Below are positions 29,301-40,000 of a stretch of DNA of 64,000 nucleotides, piece by piece. The stretch is taken from assembly GCF_964355755.1 (NCBI RefSeq), contig NC_092672.1:8246001-8310000 (forward strand), written 5' to 3'. The notes beneath the pieces were generated by a model. That model made no database searches. It was given only the letters and a program-made list of their open reading frames with translations, and was not told the DNA's origin. This DNA is from Antedon mediterranea (taxonomy: Eukaryota > Animalia > Echinodermata). The translations under genes and the position numbers were made by a program. Within the stretch, counting starts at the first letter, position 1. Every line of letters starts with the position of its first letter.

Positions 29301-31274
29301 TTTTCGAAAGAGAGTAAGGGATCGTCTCCTGGCTCAATTCACCACCAGAAGGATCTCACCAGAAACATGTCTACAGACTTAGTGGGCTATTCTTGGTGTG
29401 TAACACCAAAAATAACAACAACAGAGTTCTGTAACAATGAACACAAACTCGTCCTTGGTGTGTAACAGTGAACACCAAAAATAACAACAACAGAGAACTA
29501 ATATAACGCAAACTCATCATATTTTACTTACGTCAAGTTGGAATTCCAAGGTGTTTATCTGGTGTGTTGAGGAATTTAAACGTTCTAATTCAACCTATAA
29601 TAAAATAGAAAAGAACTTGAAGCTTATTCAAGTTGTTATATTTAATTATCTGGAGGACCAAACTTAAAGCCTTTGCTTAATGTGTCATCCTCACACAATT
29701 ATATTTATTAATTTATGTGAGAGTTAGCGAGTGGCCGAGCGGTTAAGACAGTGGAACCGTAATTACGTAGCCATAACATCGGCAGGGGTTCGAGGCTCAC
29801 TCACTCATGGTTCTGGTGGTAGAACGAGTCTTCTCGGATAAGAACTATAAACTCTAGGTCCAGTGTACACATCTAGCTCGTGTGCACTTTAAAGAACCTA
29901 GTACATCTTTCGAGACGAGTAGGGGTAACCCCGGTGTATTAGTACATCACAGCCACTGGTCACCAACTGGGCCCTCTGGGAGACCAGTCTTTGACTGAAG
30001 AGGTTACCCAGTATAAATATATATTTCAATCAATTTCAATCAACTGTATATTCTGTATATTGTATTGTGTGAAGCAATAAACTTGAAATATAAAACCATA
30101 AATTAATAATGTAACTGAAATTTCCTTATTTATTTATCATTTTTATGAAATTGTGAACAATAGAAAGAGGTACAACAAATTAATACAATTTTTTATTATT
30201 ATTCATAAATGAACCATGAAGTGTAAAAATAAATTATGACTAAAAGAATCGGCATGTGATTTCTGACAGCTGTTATGTTGTATTGTTGACTTTTCTATAC
30301 AGTATTGTGAACATGTTTAAGCTCTGTCTACTAACACTATCAAACTAGTGACAAAAAAATGTGATGTGCCTATTATGGACATGCTGATGTCATATCACTA
30401 CCCTATTTGGGCACATCACTACCATATTTGGGCACATCACAATCACTAGTTTGACAGAGCTTTAGAGTCAGTTTATAAAAGGTGATACAAGACAACAAAA
30501 CTTGCAACTTTTTACAAACAACTTACTTAAAAATTCATGATGACTGTGCCTGTTTCATTTAGATATTAATAACTGGTAGGTTGATATAAATAAGTATTAA
30601 AAATATGAGGATGAAAATCTGGCAATATTTTCATTCTCCATTTTCAACAGGCATGCACTGAAGTCAAACATTTGTTTAGCAAAACAGATTAATAAATAAC
30701 TTATCGTTAAATTTGAACATCTTTAGCAGGGCCAAACTAACAATCATAATACTGTACTCCTTACAGCTTAAATTAAAACTCAAATTGAAATTGTTGTTCA
30801 ATTTTGATTAATGCTTAAACTTGTTGGTCATTTTAATCATGATACTGAGTCTGAGCATCATTTTATTAAACTACTTTTTAATAAAAAGCCCCCTGGTTGT
30901 CAGTACAACATCAGAGTGTAGGGGCTGTGCCATCAAAGTAACACTCTATGGCAAAACAGGTTAGGCTAATGGATTACTACTGACAACTACTACAAGACAA
31001 CTAGGGCCTAGAGTAGGCTAGCTAGGTCCCTACTCAGTCAGGTAGAGAGGGCTATGCCTCTCTCTAGCCTAGCTAGTGCGCCGTATACATTTTTTCTACA
31101 CTTTATATCTTAAAATTACAACTGAAATATAGAGCACCAATATTACAACTTATTATCAAATAGATGATATTTAAAGCTATGTTATATAAATGGCCATACA
31201 TTATGTATATTGGGAAATAATAGACTTACTTTCACCCTTGGATCAAGCTTGTCCTCTTCGTCCGGTGTAGCCAT
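23301..31274 (-). CDS. SH3BP5L: SH3 domain-binding protein 5(-like) / parcas Rab11 GEF; coding exons 31230-31274, 29532-29594, 28653-28781, 27502-27663, 26706-26836, 24776-24818, 23301-24377
   Basis: The spliced translation LDPRVK|VELERLNSSTHQINTLE...CIDKARPFYEAR...FERANSMLAAAKEMV..AE..WQEMLNHSTMK|VGEAE...KSR|PYFEAK...YSQALHNLEEISCEIHEKR is the SH3BP5 coiled-coil domain. Intron phases are consistent. A long Ser-rich tail follows. Confidence 0.92.
25978..26124. mobile_element. MITE family A copy with TAA TSD
   Basis: TAA|AGCT...GACAGAGCT|TAA. Confidence 0.85.
26319..26520. mobile_element. Tigger/pogo-like MITE remnant
   Basis: TACAGT..AACCTCTATTAAGGGGACACC ... GGTGTCCCCTGATTAAGAG..CTGTA. Confidence 0.55.
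27251..27360 (+). repeat. 35-bp tandem repeat x3 (CCCTAAGCCGCAATTCTGTAACTTATGACTGTACT)
   Basis: CTAAGCCGCA recurs at 27261, 27296 and 27331. Confidence 0.85.
27947..28098. mobile_element. Harbinger-type MITE family B; second copy at ~25644-25798
   Basis: TIR AGCTTGGTTCCCACTAGGA...TCCTAGTGGGAACAAAGCT with a TTA TSD. The copy at 25644-25798 shares TTCCCACTA and CCTTGTGTTG. Confidence 0.75.
29719..30045 (+). mobile_element. tRNA-derived SINE with Deu-like core
   Basis: A box GTGGCCGAGCGGTTAAG and B box GGTTCGAGGC. Core GTCTTCTCGGATAAGAACTATAAAC..AGGTCC..GCACTTTAAAGAACC..GAGTAGGGGTAACCCCGGT resembles the Deu domain. A TTTCAATCAA repeat tail follows. Confidence 0.8.
30320..30461. mobile_element. 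MITE family A copy with TTA TSD
   Basis: TTA|AGCTCTGTCTAC...GACAGAGCT|TTA. Confidence 0.85.
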
Positions 31275-32026
31275 TTTTTAATAATAAATAGTGATGTAGC
31301 GCCATCTATATAATGCACATGGAAGGTGGACGACCGGGAATACACTACTAATAGGGAAAGTCCCTATGTCAAAAGTGTTTTATAAAAATAGTAAGTGCCC
31401 TAATAAATTAATACTTATTTCTCTATGGTATTATATAGTGTAAAATCATAATGTTATTATCGATTCAGAAAACAAACGTAAATGTATAGGCCTATTTACA
31501 GTCATCGGTCCTATTCAATTAATTAGATTAGACATTCTTCCAAAATGATGCTCATACTGTATTGTTAATAATAGTGGTGCCACATTCGGTCTATTTTGTT
31601 ATTTTCCACTTCTCCATGGCGCCCGGGGTTTAACAACTCAGACTGCCGATATTGAGTATGAAGTACACGATATCTTTTGACAAACAAACATTTTTTGATT
31701 AAGTTTGGAGGCGATGGGGCGGGCCTTGACTCGTTTGGCACGTCACACACACATAGTAGTTGCGCAAAATACGCGTATACATACGGTACGCGCAATACAT
31801 AGTGCGTACGTCCGGCCAAATATCATTGTTACGTCACAATTAAACATTCGAAAAAAGGCTAACGAAAAAGCGTTGTCAAGTCAGAATTATTAAATTCTTC
31901 AAACTGTGAACAGTGATTTTAAATTGCTCTTCATTCAAACGAAATAAAACTGCATTTACTTTTCAAATTCATTTGGAAATACGAAACATCAATTTTCAAA
32001 TACCGTTGTTATACTTAAGTAGGCCT

Positions 32027-33202
32027 ATGGCTAAATTTGTACTTAAAAGAAGATATTATGCTTCTTTAGATGAAGCCCAGCAGGTAACAGTGAGATCAAA
32101 CGATTTTCAGGCCACCAAGAATGGCGTTACTAGCTTCTCCAAAAAAGGTGGAAAGAGGCCTAAAAATAGAAGATGTCCTTATATCAGACGAAATACTAAA
32201 GTAGGCAATATTTCTGAATTAAAAGAATTAGATACGCTTATAAAAATAGAAAATACCAAAATTAATGGAATTCAGTATATTAATAATAACGATTTTAATT
32301 TTGTTGAAATGTCTCCTACTAGTACTACCAATGAGACCATGAACAGTAATAATATTAGGCCTAGTGATACCTGTAGACAGGGTAAGGATAGGCCTAGTAA
32401 TACTTTTATTAGTATTATTAGTAGTGATAGCGATAGTATTAAAGATAGTGATGTCGTAGTATCTGGCGACAAAAGCGAAAATCAAAACGAAAATTATGAT
32501 TATGAGTACAATAAGGAGTATTTTAAGTCACTACTTGATCGTCAAAAAGTCACTGATATAAATCCGTGGGCATGTTTTGAATCACCATCTGTCAAAGATA
32601 ATATGGTAGAGTTTTTATGTTACATTCGATTTGAGCTCATGCGGTATGGATACATAATCGATTATGATATAGTACATCGTAGCCTTACACTTGTAGAAAG
32701 TATATTGATGTGTGATAACACAGATGTTAGACTAGGGAATCTAGAAGAGTTGGCAATTGCATCATTTTGCCTTGCAATGAAATGTGCTGAACGATACCAA
32801 TCTAAGAGTATTATACCTTATACTTGTCAGTGCCTCCAGGATATTGGCTACTTTGATTCTAAATTAATTTCACAAATAGAATTCAATATACTAAAGAGTT
32901 TAAACTTTAAGATTAATAATGTCACTTGTCTTGACTTTATACATGCTTACTGTGATTCTGGTAGCAGTAACACTAGCTCTGAAATTATCAAACAAGCTAT
33001 AGAAACAGTGAGACAAGAATCTGTCAAATATTTGATTACAAATAGAATATCTCACACATCGGTAAAACCATGCATAATAGCATTCTTGATAGTAGTTGAC
33101 GAATGTGAGATACTTGGCATAAGTTGGGAATCACTTGTCGATGAGGTAAAATATAAGATGCAAAAAGACACGATTAATAAGATAATAAATAAGTTAAGGT
33201 AA
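32027..33202 (+). CDS. Intronless divergent cyclin-fold protein (~391 aa from first ATG; ORF open from 31913)
   Basis: Cyclin_N box pattern: MVEFL...IVHRSLTLVESIL...LEELAIASFCLAMKCAE...ISQIEFNILKSLNFKINNVTCLDFI, compared with LQLxGxxxLFIAxKxEE...MExxILxxLxF. The N-terminus is basic and low-complexity, and the canonical MRAIL motif is absent. Confidence 0.8.
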   Translation: MAKFVLKRRYYASLDEAQQVTVRSNDFQATKNGVTSFSKKGGKRPKNRRCPYIRRNTKVGNISELKELDTLIKIENTKINGIQYINNNDFNFVEMSPTSTTNETMNSNNIRPSDTCRQGKDRPSNTFISIISSDSDSIKDSDVVVSGDKSENQNENYDYEYNKEYFKSLLDRQKVTDINPWACFESPSVKDNMVEFLCYIRFELMRYGYIIDYDIVHRSLTLVESILMCDNTDVRLGNLEELAIASFCLAMKCAERYQSKSIIPYTCQCLQDIGYFDSKLISQIEFNILKSLNFKINNVTCLDFIHAYCDSGSSNTSSEIIKQAIETVRQESVKYLITNRISHTSVKPCIIAFLIVVDECEILGISWESLVDEVKYKMQKDTINKIINKLR

Positions 33203-34004
33203 TAAGTTACAATAAGATATAAACAATATAACTTATAAGTAAGTTAAGATACAATAAGTTAAGTACAACAGGATAGACTGTAAGTTAAGATGCAATAAAA
33301 GCGGTTGAACTAAGAAAAAAAATTGATTAGAAAAAAAGATAAGATAAAGATAAGATGCAATAAGAAAATAATTTTGTAATATATAGTTATATATTTATTT
33401 AATTTTCAAATATAAATAAATTGGTAAAGTAATTTAGGTTGAACATTCAAATAAATAAAAAAAACATGGTATTTAATGACATATTTGTGTAAAAATGATA
33501 AGATAAAATTGGAAAAACAAATGATAATTGAATAGAACAATACTTCTTCCCCCATTTCTTATAAAATGATTTTTAAATTAATTTGGCCAATGGGAAGAAA
33601 CAAAATTTCCAGTCTGAAGTCGGAGATGCTACCTCATTGTGGTAGACTGGTGTCAACATCATTGGTAAAATACGGTACCAATGATGGCTAACAGCATCAC
33701 GCATACAATACACTAAATTAATTTTTAAACACGTTTATTTTATCGTTACTTATAATATATTAGCCGATCGAAACTAATAATATGGAAAGTTTTGGTATGC
33801 CTACCGATAGACGGCGCCCTTTTTTATTTTGTCAAAATTATTCTTCCACATGTGCGAGGCTTGTGTCAAGCTAGCCAACAATAAGCCAGCCAACAATAAG
33901 CCAGCCCACTTTTATTTTTTCCAGCCAACAATAACTATGAAACGCGGTTTGTGCATTCTTTACATTTTCATTGTTACTTATGGCTTTTATGGTATTAGGA
34001 ATTA

Positions 34005-37000
34005 AATATTTGTGAGAAAAACGGCGGATTGTTACTGGGATTCACTTGGTGGGATTATACTAGGGTACCTCGTTAGTCGTCCAGTATAGGTTAGAGTTGG
34101 ACCACTGGTCCCGTTTACTCAGCCCTCATCTTTTAAATTTCAGTATAACTCAATTACGATTGTTAATATATAGTGAAATTTGATATTGTAATTGTGAGAA
34201 AACGGCGGATTGTTCCGGGAAGTCACTTGGTGGGATTATACTAGGGTACCTCCTTAGTCGCCCAGTATAAGTTAGAGTAGGACCACTGGTCCCGTTTACT
34301 CAGCCCTCATCTTTTAAATTTGAATGTAACCCAATTACGATTTTTAAAATATAGTGAAATTTGAAACTGTATCTGTGCAAAAACGGCGGATTGTTCCTGG
34401 GCATCACTTGGCGGGATTATACTAGGGTACCTCCTTAGTCGTCCAGTATAAGTTAGAGTGGGACCACTGGTCCCGTTTACTCAGCCCTCATCTTTTAAAT
34501 CTGAGTGTAACTCAATTACGATTTTAATATTGTTAAATTTGAAACTGTATTTGTGAGAAAATGGCGGATTGTTCCTGGCAGTCACTTGGTGGGATTATAC
34601 TAGGGTACCCCCTTAGTCGTCCAGTATAAGTTAGAGTGGGACCACTAGTCCCGTTTACTCAGCCCTCATCTTTAAATATTGAGTGTAACTCAATCAATTT
34701 TTAAAATATAGTTAAATTTGAAACTGTATTTGTGAGAAAATTGCGGATTGTTCCTGGGAGTCACTTGGTGGGATTATACCAGGGTACCTCCTTAGTCGTC
34801 CAGTATAAGTTAGAGTTGGACCACTGGTCCCGTTTACTCAGCCCTCATCTTTAAAATTTGAGTGTAACTCAATTACGATTAATATTTTAAAATATAGTGA
34901 AATTTGATACTGTATTTGTGAGAAAATGGCGGATTGTTCCTGGGAGTCACTTGGTGGGATTATACTAGGGTACCCCCTTAGTCGTCCAGTATAAGTTAGA
35001 GTGGGACCACTGGTCCCGTTTACTCAGCCCTCATCTTTAAAATTTGAGTGTAACTCATTTACGATTTTTAAAATATAGTGAAATTTGAAACTGTATTTGT
35101 GAGAAAACGGCGGATTGTTCCTGGGAGTCACTTGGTGGGATTATACTAGGTACCTCCTTAGTTGTCCAGTATAAGTTAAAGTGGGACCACTGGTCCCGTT
35201 TACTCAGCCCTCATCTTTAACGTTTGAGTGTAACTCAATTACGATTAATATTTTAAAATATAGTGAAATTTGATACTGTATTAGTGAGAAAATGGAGGAT
35301 TGTTCCTGGGAGTCACTTGGTGGGATTATACTAGGGTACCTCCTTAGTTGTCCAGTTTAAGTTAGAGTGGGACCACTGGTCCCGTTTACTCAGCCCTTAT
35401 CTTTAAAATTTGAGTGTAACTCAATTACGATTAATATTTTAAAATATAGTGAAATTTGATACTGTATTTGTGAGAAAATGGCGTATTGTTCCTGGGAGTC
35501 ACTTGGTGGGATTATACTAGGGTACCCCTTTAGTCGTCCAGTGTAAGATAGAATGGGACCACTGGTCTCGTTTACTCAGCCCTCATCTTTAAAATTTGAG
35601 TGTAACTCATTTACGATTTTTAAAATATAGTGAAATTTGAAACTGTATTTGTGAGAAAACGGCGGATTGTTCCTGAGAGTCACATGGTGGGATTATACTA
35701 GGGTACGTCCTTAGTCGTCCAGTAAAAGTTAGAGTGCGACCACTGGTCCCGTTTACTCAGCCCTCATCTTTTAAATTTGAGTGTAACTCAATTACGATAA
35801 CATTTTTTAAATATAGTGAAAATTGATACTATATTTGTGAGATAATGGCGGATTGTTCCTGGGAGTCACTTGGTGGGATTATACTAGGGTACCTCCTTAG
35901 TTGTCCAGTATAAGTTAGAGTGGGACCACTGGTCCCGTTTACTCAGCCCTCATCTTTAACATTTGAGTGTAACTCAATTACGATTAATATTTTAAAATAT
36001 AGTGAAATTTGATACTGTATTAGTGAGAAAATGGCGGATTGTTCCTGGGAGTCACTTGGTGGGATTATACTAGGGTACCTCCTTAGTTGTCCAGTTTAAG
36101 TTAGAGTGGGACCACTGGTCCCGTTTACTCAGCCCTTATCTTTAAAATTTGAGTGTAACTCAATTACGATTAATATTTTAAAATATAGTGAAATTTGATA
36201 CTGTATTTGTGAGAAAATGGCGGATTGTTCCTGGGAGTCACTTGGTGGGATTAAACTAGGGTACCCCCTCAGTCGTCCAGTATAAGTTAGAATGGGACCA
36301 CTGGTCCCGTTTACTCAGCCCTCATCTTTAAAATTTGAGTGTAACTCATTTACGATTTTTAAAATATAGTGAAATTTGAAACTGTATTTGTGAGAAAACG
36401 GCGGATTGTTCCTGAGAGTCACTTGGTGGGATTATACTAGGGTACACACTAAGTTGTCCAGTATAAGTTAGAGTGGTACCACTGGTCCCGTTTACTCAGC
36501 CCTCATCTTTAAAATTTGAGTGTAACTCATTTACGATTTTTAAAATATAGTGAAATTTGATACTGTATTTGTGAGAAAATGGCGGATTGTTCCTGAGAGT
36601 CACTTGGTGGGATTATACTAGGGAAACTCTTTAATCATCCAGTATAAGTTAGAGTGGGACCACTGGTCCCGTTTACTAAGCCCTCATCTTTTAAATTTGA
36701 GTGTAACTCAATTACGATAACATTTTTAAAATATAGTGAAAATTGATACTGTATTTGTGAGAAAATGGCGGATTGTTCCTGGGAGTCACTTGGTGGGATT
36801 ATACTAAGGTACCTCCTTAGTTGTCCAGTATAAGTTAGAGTGGGACCACTGGTCCCGTTTACTCAGCCCTCATCTTTAACGTTTGAGTGTAACTCAATTA
36901 CGATTAATATTTTAAAATATAGTGAAATTTGATACTGTATTTGTGAGAAAATGGCGGATTTTTCCTGAGAGTCACTTGGTAGGATTATACTAGGGTACCC

Positions 37001-40000
37001 CCTTAGTCGTCCAGTATAAGTTAGAGTGGGACCACTGGTCCCGTTTACTCAGCCCTCATCTTTAAAATTTAAGTGTAACTCAATTACGATTAATATTTTA
37101 AAATATAGTGAAATTTGATACTGTATTTGTGAGAAAATGGCGGATTGTTCCTGGGAGTCACTTGGTGGGATTATACTAGGGTACCCCCTTAGTCGTCCAG
37201 TATAAGTTAGAATGGGACCACTGGTCCCGTTTACTCAGCCCTCATCTTTTAAATTTGAGTGTAACTCATTTACGATTTTTAAAATATAGTGAAATTTGAA
37301 ACTGTATTTGTGAGAAAACGGCGGATTGTTCCTGAGAGTCACTTGGTGGGATTATACTAGGGTACACCCTAAGTCGTCCAGTATAAGTTAGAGTGGGACC
37401 ACTGGTCCCGTTTACTCAGCCCTCATCTTTAAAATTTGAGTGTAACTCATTTACGATTTTTAATATATAGTGAAATTTGATACTGTATTTGTGAGAAAAG
37501 GGCGGATTGTTCCTGAGAGTCACTTGGTGGGATTATACTAGGGAAACTCTTTAATCATCCAGTATAAGTTAGAGTGGGACCACTGGTCCCGTTTACTAAG
37601 CCCTCATCTTTTAAATTTGAGTGTAACTCATTTACGATTTTTAAAATATAGTGAAATTTGAAACTGTATTTGTGAGAAAATGGCGGATTGTTCCTGGGAG
37701 TCACTTGGTGGGATTATACTAGGGTACCCCCTTAGTTGTCTAGTATAAGTTAGAATGGGACCGCTGGTCCCGTTTACTCAGCCCTCTTCTTTAAAATTTG
37801 AGTGTAACTCATTTACGATTTTTAAAATATAGTGAAATTTGATACTGTTATTGTAAGAAAACGGCGGATTGTTCCTGAGAGTCACTTGGTGGGATTATAC
37901 TAGGGTACCTCCTTAGTCGTACAGTAAAAGTTAGAGTGGGACCACTGGTACCGTTTACTCAGCCCTCATCTTTTAAATTTGAGTGTAACTCATTTACGAT
38001 TTTAAAAATATAGTGAAATTTGATACTGTATTTGTGAGAAAATGGCGGATTGTTCCTAGGAGTCACTTGGTGTGATTATACAAGGGTACCTCCTTAGTTG
38101 TCCAGTATAAGTTAGAGTGGGACCACTGGTCCCGTTTACTCAGCCCTCATCTTTAAAATTTGAGTGTAACTCATTTACGATTTTTAAAATATAGTGAAAT
38201 TTGATACTGTATTTGTGAGAAAACGGCGGATTGTTCATGAGAGTCACTTGGTGGGATTATACTAGGGTACCCCCTTAGTCGTCCAGTATAAGTTAGAGTG
38301 GGTCCACTGGTCCCGTTTACTCAGCCATCATCTTTCAAATGTCAGTGTAACTCATTTACGATTTTTAAAATATAGTGAAATTTGATACTGTATTTGTGAG
38401 AAAACGGCGGATTGTTCCTGAGAGTCACTTGGTGGGATTATACTAGGGTGCCTCCTTAGTCGTCCAGTATAAGTTAGAGTGGGACCACTTGTCCCGTTTA
38501 CTCAGCCCTCATCTTTAAAATTTGAGTGTAACTCAATTACGATTAATATTTTAAAATATAGTGAAATTTGATACTGTATTTGTGAGAAAATGGCGGATTG
38601 TTCCTGGGAGTCACTTGGTGGGATTATACTAGGGTACCCCCTTAGTCGTCCAGTATAAGGTAGAATGGCACCACTGGTCCCGTTTACTCAGCCCTCATCT
38701 TTAAAATTTGAGTGTAACTTATTTACGATTTTTAAAATATAGTGAAATTTGAAACTGTATTTTTGAGAAAACGGCGGATTGTTCCTGAGACTCACTTGGT
38801 GGGATTATACTAGGGTACACCCTAAGTTGTCCAGTATAAGTTAGAGTGGGACCACTGGTCCCGTTTACTCAGCCCTCATCTTTAAAATTTGAGTGTAACT
38901 CATTTACGATTTTTAAAATATAGTGAAATTTGATACTGTATTTGTGAGAAAACGGCGGATTGTTCATGAGAGTCACTTGGTGGGATTATACTAGGGTACC
39001 CCCTTAGTCGTCCAGTATAAGTTAGAGTGGGTCCACTGGTCCCGTTTACTCAGCCATCATCTTTCAAATGTCAGTGTAACTCATTTACGATTTTTAAAAT
39101 ATAGTGAAATTTGATACTGTATTTGTGAGAAAACGGCGGATTGTTCCTGAGAGTCACTTGGTGGGATTATACTAGGGTGCCTCCTTAGTCGTCCAGTATA
39201 AGTTAGAGTGGGACCACTTGTCCCGTTTACTCAGCCCTCATCTTTAAAATTTGAGTGTAACTCAATTACGATTAATATTTTAAAATATAGTGAAATTTGA
39301 TACTGTATTTGTGAGAAAATGGCGGATTGTTCCTGGGAGTCACTTGGTGGGATTATACTAGGGTACCCCCTTAGTCGTCCAGTATAAGGTAGAATGGCAC
39401 CACTGGTCCCGTTTACTCAGCCCTCATCTTTAAAATTTGAGTGTAACTTATTTACGATTTTTAAAATATAGTGAAATTTGATACTGTATTTGTGAGAAAA
39501 GGGCGGATTGTTCCTGAGAGTCACTTGGTGGGATTATACTAGGGAAACTCTTTAATCATCCAGTATAAGTTAGAGTGGGACCACTGGTCCCGTTTACTAA
39601 GCCCTCATCTTTTAAATTTGAGTGTAACTCAATTACGATAACATTTTTAAAATATAGTGAAAATTGATACTGTATTTGTGAGAAAATGGCGGATTGTTCC
39701 TGGGAGTCACTTGGTGGGATTATACTAAGGTACCTCCTTAGTTGTCCAGTATAAGTTAGAGTGGGACCACTGGTCCCGTTTACTCAGCCCTCATCTTTAA
39801 CGTTTGAGTGTAACTCAATTACGATTAATATTTTAAAATATAGTGAAATTTGATACTGTATTTGTGATAAAATGGCGGATTGTTCCTGGGAGTCACTTGG
39901 TAGGATTATACTAGGGTACCCCCTTAGTCGTCCAGTATAAGTTAGAGTGGGACCACTTGTCCCGTTTACTCAGCCCTCATCTTAAAAATTTAAGTGTAAC

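Noticed and set aside
29722-29800. tRNA gene
   Set aside because: A and B boxes are present but there is no proper cloverleaf, and the sequence continues into a SINE core with a second dispersed copy.
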